From the IMG/VR virus record IMGVR_UViG_3300022848_000006: DNA of 64,000 nucleotides, one strand, 5' to 3'. Positions 46,457 to 54,959 of this stretch are shown here, one piece after another (position 1 is the stretch's first letter; each line of letters starts with the position of its first letter). A program made the position numbers and the translations under genes. The notes below the pieces were generated by a model. That model did not search any database. It had not been told where the DNA came from and was given only the letters and a program-made list of their open reading frames with translations. The DNA comes from a virus.

Positions 46457-46978
46457 TCATCGCTGCCTCACTATTCGAGAACGGAATGTATATCCTGATC
46501 TTACTGCTCTCAGTAAATTCTGAGGCTCATAGCCATCATGTTGGCTAAGTTGATACCGACCAGAAGCACTAATAACACTGGCAGAGTATGGACTACACCA
46601 AGTGCCGTCTGTCTTTTTTGATCTTGGTCTTAGGTAGTTCCTTAACTTATAAGGCTTACCTAGGTTGATTTGTGCGTTTGCTCGCATTGCTGCGACTTCA
46701 ACAACGGAGAAAGGTACTTTTGGTATGTAATAGTCATTTGTAGTACGAGGTTTACCATAATTAGCAACAGGAACAGCGTGTGCTCTAGGCCAGTCTGATT
46801 CATAAACGTAACCATCAATAACCACCCCTACATGCGTGTACTGATCTCCACCTGTCATATTTTTCGCTACTCTTCCTATCAATCCCTTCTTAGACGAGAA
46901 GATAAGTGTACCATCTGGGTACTGTGCGTAAGATGTGTTAGTTAAGCAGAATAAGATTAAAAATAATATAGTTTTCAT
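46457..46978 (-). CDS. Exported permuted papain-like NlpC/P60 (YiiX/YebB-like) protein
   Basis: Signal peptide; YTHVGVVIDG.VYES; GKPY; TWCSPY. Confidence 0.8.
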   Translation of the reverse strand: MKTILFLILFCLTNTSYAQYPDGTLIFSSKKGLIGRVAKNMTGGDQYTHVGVVIDGYVYESDWPRAHAVPVANYGKPRTTNDYYIPKVPFSVVEVAAMRANAQINLGKPYKLRNYLRPRSKKTDGTWCSPYSASVISASGRYQLSQHDGYEPQNLLRAVRSGYTFRSRIVRQR

Positions 46979-47025
46979 AAAGTCTCCCTTGTATATTCAA
47001 TTATACACAAAAGAAACCTGCCCAT

Positions 47026-47592
47026 TCACCTTCTCAAAAACGCCCTGATTCTCCTTAGGGGCACATTAAAAGACTTGTAGCCATGTAGTTTAGGATAAGC
47101 CGACTTGGCACTTACTATTCCCACTAGCTTATTATCTTTAATGACTGGTCCACCAGACATACCCTCTAAAACATTTGCCTCCATGCAGTCATAATAATCT
47201 TCCGACACAAGTATCGAGGGGCAGCTATGTACAGTCCATGAACCGTGTGGGTGACCATACGTCTTAGTCAAATCTCCTATTTCTAGGTTTTCCCCTATCC
47301 CAATATACTCTACATTTTTCACTTCTTCAACTTTTAATAGGGCGAGATCATCTTCCTTACTAAAGCTCAGTATCTCTACTGGATATATATTATTTCTATA
47401 CTCTATCCTTAAGTTTACTCCATTAGTAACAGATTCGCTTAAAACGTGATAACAGGTTAAAACCCTATTCTCAGAAATAAACACCCCGCTACCTATTGAC
47501 CCTCCCTCCTGCCTTACTAAAACAACTGAATTGCTTTGGGCAAACAGGGCAGTTGGAAAGAAACATAAAATCAAGAATATAAATCTTTTCAT
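47026..47592 (-). CDS. Exported trypsin-like serine protease
   Basis: GSGVFI, VLTCYHV, DDLALL, GMSGGPV; start MKRF at 47592 with signal peptide. Confidence 0.88.
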   Translation of the reverse strand: MKRFIFLILCFFPTALFAQSNSVVLVRQEGGSIGSGVFISENRVLTCYHVLSESVTNGVNLRIEYRNNIYPVEILSFSKEDDLALLKVEEVKNVEYIGIGENLEIGDLTKTYGHPHGSWTVHSCPSILVSEDYYDCMEANVLEGMSGGPVIKDNKLVGIVSAKSAYPKLHGYKSFNVPLRRIRAFLRR

Positions 47593-47918
47593 AGTTCGCA
47601 CTCTTCCCACGTTTCGCACTTTTCTCCCACATCTAGATGAGTTATTTCTACATAACTGATCCAAACGGAATAAATTGTGCCACCTCTTGTGACTTGTTTG
47701 GAGCATTTGCCCCCACACCCTTTAGTTACAAAGTCTTTAAAAGCCACACGCTGCATAGTAATTACACTAATACTGCAATCGTATGGTTTATAACCATTTT
47801 CCCTTAACCAATCGTGAACTTTAATAGTGCGTACCATACGCTTATACGCAGTAGACCGTCTCTTTTCTTCATTGCTTCTAAAAGAAGGGGAAGTACTTAT
47901 GTCCAAATCAATCTCCAA
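47589..47918 (-). CDS. Hypothetical protein
   Basis: Stop overlaps start of protease (ATGA). Confidence 0.45.
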   Translation of the reverse strand: MEIDLDISTSPSFRSNEEKRRSTAYKRMVRTIKVHDWLRENGYKPYDCSISVITMQRVAFKDFVTKGCGGKCSKQVTRGGTIYSVWISYVEITHLDVGEKCETWEECEL

Positions 47919-48201
47919 CGTAAGTTCTAGTAGTTACTGTCTTAGGAACACCAAATGCGTTTTTGGCGGTATACGTCATTTCAACGTAATTGCCCTCAAC
48001 CCTCGTACTCATGTTATCAAAAGAGACGGTATCTGGGTAATTTGCACTACCCCTCGCCCTCTGTTTCGCACTTAATATTTTATCTACATCGCTATAAGTT
48101 TGCTGTGTAGGTCTGTTTGGTTCTGGTGGATTAGTTGTTCAATACTAAACTAACCAACAACCCCACATTAAAGCTATAACAGTATATAGTATGCTTCTCA
48201 T
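47908..48201 (-). pseudogene. Frameshifted membrane/exported protein remnant
   Basis: MRSILYTVIALMWG.. then frame breaks, ending ...YPDTVSF...MTYTAKNAFGVP... Confidence 0.4.
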
Positions 48202-48207
48202 CTTAAA

Positions 48208-48278
48208 TAGCCCTGGCTAGAATTAAACTAACGCCTAAATATTCAAAGTATCTTGTGCTATCACTACACCACAGGACT
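48208..48278 (-). tRNA. tRNA-Gln(TTG), slightly degenerate T loop
   Basis: AGTCCTG/CAGGGCT, AGATA-CTTTGAA-TATTT, T loop TTTAATT. Confidence 0.75.
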
Positions 48279-48394
48279 GAATTTGCCCTGGTTGCTGATC
48301 GTTGTTATTCATATTCCTTATTCCTCAAAACTTTAATGGTTACTTTTTTCTACTATCTCGTATCTAATTTTTAGTCTTTCTATTGTTTCTTTAG

Positions 48395-48467
48395 AGCCGC
48401 GAGTCGGCAATGATCCGACAACCTATACTTTACAAGAGTATTGCTCTGCCAATTGAGCTATCGCGGC
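48395..48467 (-). tRNA. tRNA-Thr(TGT)
   Basis: GCCGCGA/TCGCGGC, GCTC/GAGC D arm, ATACT-CTTGTAA-AGTAT. Confidence 0.9.
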
Positions 48468-48510
48468 ATAATTTCACTGGTGAGCAGTGAGTCTCACTTG
48501 TACTAATAAG

Positions 48511-48604
48511 CTATACAGGCTGGAATCGAACCAGCTAAGGGAGGAATGTAACCTCCATATCGTTTCCAATGAGAGTCCGCATTGGATACGGTTAACTATG
48601 TATC
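48511..48604 (-). ncRNA. Atypical tRNA-like RNA with two internal hairpins
   Basis: T arm GCTGG-TTCGATT-CCAGC; partial acceptor ATACA/TGTAT; hairpins CCAATG/CATTGG and GGAGG/CCTCC. Confidence 0.5.
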
Positions 48605-48686
48605 TTAGTTTATTGTCCGGTCAGTTTCACCCAGCTTCTTCCAACGATCAAACAGACTATCCTGTTCCCACCCAGGCATTCACGGG

Positions 48687-48716
48687 AAGTCCAACCGCCG
48701 GAATCGAACCAGCCCC
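48687..48716 (-). pseudogene. tRNA 3'-half remnant
   Basis: GCTGG-TTCGATT-CCGGC-GGTTGGA-CTT with no recognisable 5' half. Confidence 0.45.
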
Positions 48717-48737
48717 TACTATATCATATCTTCCGCT

Positions 48738-48902
48738 TCATTGCAACACCAAGTGAAAAACTTCTCTGCCCTTGTGAACATAACAAGAGGTCATGTTTTC
48801 ACTACTAACATCATCCACGGTGTAAATCTCATTGAGATAGATAGCATAGCCTCTCATCTCTTTGACGCAAATTAGTTTGTCGTTAGCTTTGAAGTCTTTC
48901 AT
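48738..48902 (-). CDS. Small early protein (54 aa)
   Basis: Manual translation MKDFKANDKLICVK...; directly behind promoter 48909-48936. Confidence 0.5.
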   Translation of the reverse strand: MKDFKANDKLICVKEMRGYAIYLNEIYTVDDVSSENMTSCYVHKGREVFHLVLQ

Positions 48903-48908
48903 GCCTTT

Positions 48909-48936
48909 ATTATAGCACGCCGCGTGCTTTTGTCAA
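48909..48936 (-). promoter_or_regulatory. sigma70-type promoter TTGACA-N16-TATAAT
   Basis: Perfect hexamers. Confidence 0.8.
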
Positions 48937-48957
48937 GGATCAATTTCAAAATTCCAC

Positions 48958-48988
48958 AAAAAAAACCCACTTCGTCTCGGAAGCGGGC
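48958..48988 (-). terminator. Rho-independent terminator
   Basis: GCCCGCTTC-CGAGAC-GAAGTGGGT followed by T-run. Confidence 0.8.
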
Positions 48989-49085
48989 TAAAATATCATT
49001 CGACAATGCAAACAGAACCCTAACCCATACCTGTATCCCAGGTTTGATTACTATACGTTTGGCTTGTTTGATTGTTCATATCTTA

Positions 49086-49301
49086 TTATACACCATCTAT
49101 CGATGGATAGAGACTGTTTTCTAAAATTTTCTTAATTTCTTGAAGCTGCCCTATCATTTTTCTTGTTTCCTTAATAGCCTCTACTCTCGCCTCTTCAAAA
49201 TTAGAAGACTTGCTTTTCCACACTGTCTTATTCACATCCTCGTTAGAAGTAATAGAGAGTCCAGTAAAGCCAGTGTCATCAACGTCTTTAAGTAATAGCA
49301 T
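49086..49301 (-). CDS. Hypothetical protein
   Basis: 71 aa ORF. Confidence 0.55.
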   Translation of the reverse strand: MLLLKDVDDTGFTGLSITSNEDVNKTVWKSKSSNFEEARVEAIKETRKMIGQLQEIKKILENSLYPSIDGV

Positions 49302-49304
49302 AGC

Positions 49305-49658
49305 TTATTTCCACGTAAAGGTCCACAAAAAAGTACACAAAAAGAGTGCCCATGCCCTAAAGCAATCTACGCCTCTCGCGATACAAGCCCTTCTAAACTC
49401 TGACGAAGCAAAAGCTGCATCATGACCGTCTGTTAGCAATTTATCATGAACAGCAGCGGCTAAGAGGATATCTCTGTTGTGAGGATCAATAATCCACTCA
49501 CACCCCCTGGGTACTGATATATCAAATTTAAAAGATCTAGGAAGAATTAACTGCCAACCAGATTTATAAACACCAATATCCCATACGACTTCGCTCATTA
49601 ATACATACTTAGTACCTTCTAGTAGTTCAAAATCTTCAAATTTAGTAAAATTAGACAT
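49305..49658 (-). CDS. DUF1353-like protein
   Basis: PRSFKFDISVPR, AAAVHDKL, FRRA. Confidence 0.75.
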   Translation of the reverse strand: MSNFTKFEDFELLEGTKYVLMSEVVWDIGVYKSGWQLILPRSFKFDISVPRGCEWIIDPHNRDILLAAAVHDKLLTDGHDAAFASSEFRRACIARGVDCFRAWALFLCTFLWTFTWK

Positions 49659-49659
49659 A

Positions 49660-50150
49660 TTAGTTTACCGCAAGAGGGGGAGGCATGGGTTCAATCTCCT
49701 GACGAGAGGCCAAGACCGCGACAACTTCCCAGTCTGCATCCGTAGGCGCTTTTCCACCGTTCTCTAGCAACGCTTCGTGACTGTAAAGGACGATGTTGAC
49801 ATACTCAGCAGGATATGCCTCTATACCGAGCCTGTCGGCGTCCTCTGTCGCGATATAGGTCTCGACGTATGGATCTTCACCTTCCTGTCTAGTCGTCACA
49901 GCAGCCCTCAGAGGCATTCCTGCTTGAAGTGGGGCTAGAGAAGTGAAAAGAAGGAAGAATCAATGGGCACGACCACTTTTCTACTTAGGTCGCTCTCCCC
50001 TTGTCCTGGGTATCTCTTGTCCCAATTATCAAAGACTCTTTCTAGGACGACCCTGTGACTACACTGGAAATAGGAGTTGCCTGTTCCCTTTAAGTGTCTC
50101 TCTAGGGCAAAGTCAGACCACCCTGCTGATAGACCCTTGTACCTGCCCAT
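49660..50150 (-). pseudogene. DUF3228-like gene, frameshifted near 49945 and C-terminally truncated
   Basis: ...VVVPIDSSF then another frame TSLAPLQAGMPLRA..RQEGEDP..NIVLYSHEAL..DWEVVAVLA..EPMPP then premature stop. Confidence 0.65.
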
Positions 50151-50184
50151 CGGATGACTATGAATTGAAAGTTGTGACAACATG

Positions 50185-50393
50185 TTATTCCTTGTACTCT
50201 TTCATCGCAGCAAGGGCCATTCGGCGACCCCTGTCGTGGTACAGCCATGATACTCAACCTCTACCAAATAGAGACCACAAGACTCTAAGCTATCTATAAC
50301 CTTAAAGTGGTATGGGTTTGGATTTGGGGCGACATCATTAGAGGGGACAGTTACTCTTTCACACTGGCTATTACTAAAAAGTTTTATTCCCAT
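50185..50393 (-). pseudogene. Phage protein with PNPNP motif, internally deleted and frameshifted
   Basis: PNPNPYHFKV..YLVEVEYHGCTT then frame switch to DRGRRMALAAMKEYKE*. Confidence 0.5.
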
Positions 50394-50412
50394 TTTCTTA
50401 TCCTTTGTTTCG

Positions 50413-50523
50413 ACTAGTACCTTACGCTATGCCCACATAGATATGATCCGGCTTCTCGGCTGGCCTAACACGTCTGTTGACGCTGGGCGATCAGATGCGG
50501 CCTCACGGTCCCGCATTACTAGT
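50413..50523 (-). ncRNA. Candidate structured RNA with pseudoknot potential
   Basis: ACTAGTA/TACTAGT closing stem, ATGCGG/CCGCAT hairpin, TGATC/GATCA stem crossed by GCCCA/TGGGC. Confidence 0.4.
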
Positions 50524-50526
50524 AAG

Positions 50527-50600
50527 TACTCAGTGAAAGAATCGAACTTATGATCTTTCCGGTGTAAACGGAATGTTTTAGCCAACTAAACTAATCGGGC
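50527..50600 (-). tRNA. tRNA-Val(TAC), degenerate acceptor and T stems
   Basis: GTTT/AAAC D arm, TTCCG-TTTACAC-CGGAA, GTTCGATTC; mismatches in stems. Confidence 0.65.
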
Positions 50601-51256
50601 TTGTATGATTTAATCCACTTCCTAATAGCGTTATCGCTAACACCGTATTTTCTTCCAGTCCCACAATAGCCTAAGTCCTTTATCTCTTTCTCTAAAACTT
50701 CAATAGTAGGTCTTTCTACTTTTCTCTTATGTGGTCTCGGGCTGTTCAAATTACAAGTAGAACAAACATTTGCAGACTTGGACCTTAGACTGCCACACTT
50801 ACAGTAATGTTTTTGCCTTTTTCTTTTAGAGGTTGTTTGTTGGCTATGACAATTGGGACATAGAAATCTAAGATTTTCTTTTCTGTCATCTTTCCAGTTA
50901 CCATCAATATGATCTACTTGTAGCGTTATAGGCTTGTTGTTCCAACTTTTAGAGACTCCACATTCTTCACAACTATGTTCTACGCCAGCCTCTATTAAAG
51001 CCCTTACTATTAGATTAGTTTTTCTTCTGATCGTTCTGTTTCCATCAAAAGTCAAAATATCAGAATAATGAAGCTTTCCTGTAATTCTTGACTTGAGACG
51101 ACGCTTGAAGTGAGAAGTGTCTATTTCGTATTTTTCTACATTGTTTTTTAGACAAGTATAAGATGTCCCCGTCCTCTGTCTACCTAGTTTTGTCAACGTC
51201 TCGCCACAGCTTAAACTGTCTTTCACCGCTGCTCTAAGTTCTTTTTCTGTGTACAT
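50591..51256 (-). CDS. HNH homing endonuclease
   Basis: CEECG..WNNKPITLQVDHIDGNWKDDRKENLRFLCPNCHSQ; C-terminal GRKYGVSDNAIRKW HTH. Confidence 0.92.
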   Translation of the reverse strand: MYTEKELRAAVKDSLSCGETLTKLGRQRTGTSYTCLKNNVEKYEIDTSHFKRRLKSRITGKLHYSDILTFDGNRTIRRKTNLIVRALIEAGVEHSCEECGVSKSWNNKPITLQVDHIDGNWKDDRKENLRFLCPNCHSQQTTSKRKRQKHYCKCGSLRSKSANVCSTCNLNSPRPHKRKVERPTIEVLEKEIKDLGYCGTGRKYGVSDNAIRKWIKSYKPD

Positions 51257-51319
51257 AAGATTCCTCCACCTTATTATACACTAAACCCGAACCTAGAGCG
51301 TCAATAAAATTTCAATTTT

Positions 51320-51778
51320 CTAGGTTAGAACTTCATAGCCTTCAAAGTTTGCACTCTGAGTAGACCGTAGAATGTAATCAATACCAATGTCTTTGTCAGA
51401 CCACCAAATAAGATGATATCCAACAACTCTATAAGATTTTACCCAACACTCTCTCCATGAAGAGTAGTAAGCATGAGGCTCTGTCAAGCACTCAATACGG
51501 TAAGGGATGTCATGAAGCTTAAAGTATTGCTCTATATCCCACTGAAAAAACAGTGATGGCAATTTGATACAATGCTTCTGCCCACGATTTTCGCGGTACT
51601 GAGTCTTTCTTCTGTCTTTCCAAGTTTTACGACCACGAACCCAATAATCATCCCAAGGATCTGGGAGATTTGCTGGACTACGTTTAGCCCTTGCGTATTC
51701 ACAATCTTGGTTCGCCTTCTTTTCTTGAAAAACCTTGAAATGACGCATACAAGCGTAGTCAATCTTAGAGTGTCTCAT
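51320..51778 (-). CDS. Hypothetical protein
   Basis: RAKRSPANLPDPWDD...WKDRRKTQY. Confidence 0.6.
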   Translation of the reverse strand: MRHSKIDYACMRHFKVFQEKKANQDCEYARAKRSPANLPDPWDDYWVRGRKTWKDRRKTQYRENRGQKHCIKLPSLFFQWDIEQYFKLHDIPYRIECLTEPHAYYSSWRECWVKSYRVVGYHLIWWSDKDIGIDYILRSTQSANFEGYEVLT

Positions 51779-51838
51779 TCTGTTCTCCTAAAGTGTTATT
51801 AAATACCTTAAAAGACAGTACCTCTTGTAATTCTCATG

Positions 51839-52576
51839 TTATTCCTTAATCCAAATGTAAAAGTCACCAACCTTCTCTACTCCAGGTAGAGGGATTGTAT
51901 GTTGGTATGAAATCACCTTCGCCCCACTCTTTAGTTGTAGAAACTTAGGTGCAAGCTTCTCAATAAGAGAGGGGAAGAGGAATAGGGCCACATTGTCCGC
52001 ATTAACAAAGCTTTGTGTTGTTGAGTCTACGTTAAAAAGATTTATTCTTTTAGACATGCCCTCTTCTTCTACTTCTTTAATAGCCTTCTCATAGGTGGAT
52101 TTGTTGATCTCTAGTCCAATTCCACGAGTGTTAAAGTGATTAGCACCATAAATTAAAATTCTAGCATCACCACATCCTGGATCTAAAAGAACGCTGTTGT
52201 GTTCTGGGTTAAGGATCGCTAACATTTTTTCAATAGCTTCTTGTGGGGTTGCTATATCTTCTGTGTATACATCCTTTGTGACATATTCAATTCTTGTATC
52301 TTGAGGCTGATAGGTACTGTGCTGAATCTGCTGTGTGACCTGTGCCATAGGCTGTGCTGCAAGGGCGGCTCTAAGCTTTTGACACATAGGGCAAGGGCAG
52401 GTAGCACTTACTGGTCCATCCACCCCAAGGACATAATTCTTCCCTCTATAATTGTATCCATAGTCAGTCTCTCCATAAGAAGAACCTCCACTACTACGTC
52501 TGAATAATTGAGCCTCAGATATGGAGGCTGGTAAAATAAAAAGTAGGAGTAGAAGCGAGAGCGTTTTATTAATCAT
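51839..52576 (-). CDS. Class I SAM methyltransferase with N-terminal signal peptide
   Basis: MINKTLSLLLLLFILPASISEA/QLFRR; LLDPGCGDARI, GLEIN, ADNVALFLFP, VISYQH. Confidence 0.8.
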   Translation of the reverse strand: MINKTLSLLLLLFILPASISEAQLFRRSSGGSSYGETDYGYNYRGKNYVLGVDGPVSATCPCPMCQKLRAALAAQPMAQVTQQIQHSTYQPQDTRIEYVTKDVYTEDIATPQEAIEKMLAILNPEHNSVLLDPGCGDARILIYGANHFNTRGIGLEINKSTYEKAIKEVEEEGMSKRINLFNVDSTTQSFVNADNVALFLFPSLIEKLAPKFLQLKSGAKVISYQHTIPLPGVEKVGDFYIWIKE

Positions 52577-52610
52577 GATGTTTTTCCTGTTTTTAGTTTT
52601 ATACTTTCAA

Positions 52611-52678
52611 TGGAGCCATAGGGAGTCGAGCCCTATAATCTTCCGTGCAAGGGAAAATGCCTACCCCTAGGTGGCCCC
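52611..52678 (-). tRNA. tRNA-Ala(TGC) with reduced D arm
   Basis: GGGGCCA/TGGCTCC (G3-U70), TTTCC-CTTGCAC-GGAAG, TAGGG-CTCGACT-CCCTA. Confidence 0.75.
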
Positions 52679-52834
52679 GTTAACAAACCGGCTTATCCAT
52701 TATGTGAACATAATTAACCAAACAGCCCAAGTATGCACACAACAACTAAAAAGAATAGGATCAGCAAAACGCCGAGTCCACCAGTTCCACTATCCATAAG
52801 AACTCCTTAAGTGAACATATCTTTTCTTCGTAAG

Positions 52835-52920
52835 CGATAGGACAGGGAATCGAACCCTGGAACCGTTTTACGGGTCAGCCGCTTTCAAGGCGGTGTCCTC
52901 GTCCATGCCGGACTCCTACC
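52835..52920 (-). tRNA. tRNA-Ser(TGA)
   Basis: GGTAGGA/TCCTATC-G, ACCGC-CTTGAAA-GCGGC, long variable arm. Confidence 0.9.
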
Positions 52921-53139
52921 GTATTGTCAAATCTTCAAAGTCTCTCGTGTTCTTGTACCTACCGGCTATCTTGTCGCACTTACACATACTACTTGCCTTT
53001 CCTGTGAGATCTAAGAGTTTTACCTTTGCCATGATGTTCGTTCTTTGGAGCCATACTAGAATTTCCTTCATGTTTTAGCTGGCCCCGATACAGTCGTCCT
53101 GGTCTTCCAACCGTATCTGGCTTATAATACTTAGAGAAG

Positions 53140-53727
53140 TTAGCCAACGGTTGATTCTCGAAGTTCTCTATATCGGTTGATAGCCTCAAGTTCTTTCTCC
53201 ATATCAAAAAGAATCCACCTATCGGTATCATCTGACCCCTTTTCATTCACCCAGTCTAAGTGACTAAGTAAACCATTCCAGCTACTAAAGATATGACGGT
53301 GAGGTAATGTCCAAAATAACCAATCGGGGCACTTCTCTTTACCCTGTTTGCAATACACCAACACTGGCTTCTTGCATCGATTAGCCCAAAACAACTCTTC
53401 ATAAGTACCACAAGCATGAACATCTGTATCGATGTATACGATAATGAAGTCTGCCTTGTCTACCATGGAAAGATCAGTACTTCTTATTTGACGGACAGTA
53501 TCCATCTTATCATAGTCTCTAGCTTCTTTCCATTCTGTTCTGATCTGTCTGTTATTGTCGTTCTCAATCGCTGCAATCTCTGGTAAGGGTTTTTTAAGAG
53601 GATTAAATACCATTACTCCAAGCTTGTGGAGTTCTGGGGTCATCATATCTCTCCAGCCAGCCCCATGATCCTCTACTCTGTCCATCGCACCGATTAGGTA
53701 CGTCTTAGATCCAAATAGTTTACCCAT
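53140..53727 (-). CDS. Nucleoside 2-deoxyribosyltransferase-like protein
   Basis: TYLIGAMD, VFNPLKK, DLSMVDKADFII, GTYEEL, KPV. Confidence 0.8.
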   Translation of the reverse strand: MGKLFGSKTYLIGAMDRVEDHGAGWRDMMTPELHKLGVMVFNPLKKPLPEIAAIENDNNRQIRTEWKEARDYDKMDTVRQIRSTDLSMVDKADFIIVYIDTDVHACGTYEELFWANRCKKPVLVYCKQGKEKCPDWLFWTLPHRHIFSSWNGLLSHLDWVNEKGSDDTDRWILFDMEKELEAINRYRELRESTVG

Positions 53728-53743
53728 TCTTTATCCTTTACAA

Positions 53744-53944
53744 TTATTCTATTTTTATGTCACTAATACGAAACTTCCAGTAGTCCTCATCCTTAGACAT
53801 TATCTCCCGAAGACCCTTCAACCTATCAACCAACTTATTTTTTAGTATGAAGTTTATTTCTCTTCGCCCCTTGTCCTTTTTACTGGGGTTGTAGAAAGCG
53901 TAGTCATCTAGAAAAGTGAATATAAAAGGTATTAGTGCTACCAT
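53744..53944 (-). CDS. Hypothetical protein
   Basis: 66 aa ORF. Confidence 0.45.
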   Translation of the reverse strand: MVALIPFIFTFLDDYAFYNPSKKDKGRREINFILKNKLVDRLKGLREIMSKDEDYWKFRISDIKIE

Positions 53945-54108
53945 ATAGGTAGTGCAATTTTCCCAAGTGCCAACTTAGCCTATTATCAACTTCAATATGA
54001 TTATCAGGATAATGAACACGCCCAGGTCCAACGACTTTTCTTCTAGTCTCGTGTCCAGAAGTGTAGTTACTGATATGTTCACAAGCCTTAGAGAAGGTTT
54101 TTGGCAAT

Positions 54109-54549
54109 TTACTGAATCCTCTTCATGTACGTGTATTGGTAAGGCTCATAAGAGCAACCAGCACGTCCTTTGCAAACCTTCTTGTATCGAGTTTCTGTCA
54201 CTTGTTGATACTTAGGCTGTGCAACTGGGGCCGCATAGACATTACCATACGTAGTCGTACTGGGCGAATAACGCGGTGTCGATACATTTGATCTGACTCT
54301 GCCAAAAAAGTTTCGTACTGGAGTATTTGCTCTAGACGAATATCTATAAGTTGGCGTACTGTAGACCGTTGGGGCACTATACGTGGTACCATAGGTTTGT
54401 GTTGAATACCCGTAACTAGGCACGGTGCTGTAATACTGTTGTCCAAAGGACGATCCGGCAAACATAAGTGAGCAGGTAAGGGCGATAGCGATTGCAAAAT
54501 TCTTCATACTGTCTTCTCCGTGGGGTGAATTTATGGCTAAAATAACCAT
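54109..54549 (-). CDS. Exported Tyr/Thr/Ser-rich low-complexity protein
   Basis: Signal MKNFAIAIALTCSLMFAGSSFG (start about 54507); TPVRNFFGR. Confidence 0.65.
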   Translation of the reverse strand: MVILAINSPHGEDSMKNFAIAIALTCSLMFAGSSFGQQYYSTVPSYGYSTQTYGTTYSAPTVYSTPTYRYSSRANTPVRNFFGRVRSNVSTPRYSPSTTTYGNVYAAPVAQPKYQQVTETRYKKVCKGRAGCSYEPYQYTYMKRIQ

Positions 54550-54581
54550 TTTTTTTGTTTTGTCTGATTCTTAGTGTGTAA

Positions 54582-54770
54582 TATAAAATTAAACTAGAAC
54601 TTGATAAGTGTCAAATACTTTGTTCAAACTGTCACAGAGAGCTACACGCTATAAAAGAATGGTCATTTTCTGCAAATATATTGAACCCAAAAGAAATACG
54701 TTGTTGCATAGAATGTCAGGAACAATGTAGTCACAACTCCCATAAATGGAAGCAGTCTTATCAACTGTGA
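54582..54770 (+). pseudogene. HNH endonuclease C-terminal remnant (plus strand, no start codon)
   Basis: KIKLELDKCQILCSNCHRELH...CCIECQEQC. Confidence 0.65.
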
Positions 54771-54860
54771 ACTACCCCGACCCTAAAGAGGTTTGGTCAC
54801 AGTCTCGTTCACTTCGCTCACTCGCTTTGCGACCAAACTTTCTACGAAAGTAGGGGCTTT
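54767..54860 (+). mobile_element. IS200/IS605-end-like hairpin element
   Basis: GTGAACTACCCC..CTAAAG...GGGGCTTT with nested GTTTGGTC/GACCAAAC inverted repeat. Confidence 0.4.
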
Positions 54861-54880
54861 CTCTCCGTGAAGCGGTAAAG

Positions 54881-54952
54881 AGCAAAATCGTGGACTCGCA
54901 CCCCGCTAAACGGATTGGAAATCCGTCACATCGCTATCTATGTTTATAATGC
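54881..54952 (-). tRNA. tRNA-Gly(TCC), degenerate
   Basis: GCATTAT/ATTTTGC (2 mismatches), ACAT/ATGT, ACGGA-TTTCCAA-TCCGT, U73. Confidence 0.6.
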
Positions 54953-54959
54953 TTATTCC

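Noticed and set aside
48720-48760. 5' half for the tRNA remnant at 48687-48716
   Set aside because: Pairing is poor and the sequence is better explained as the end of the small ORF 48738-48902.
50490-50523. Twister ribozyme (TAATGCGG start)
   Set aside because: The downstream conserved AAGC and GAG elements and the pseudoknot pairings are missing.
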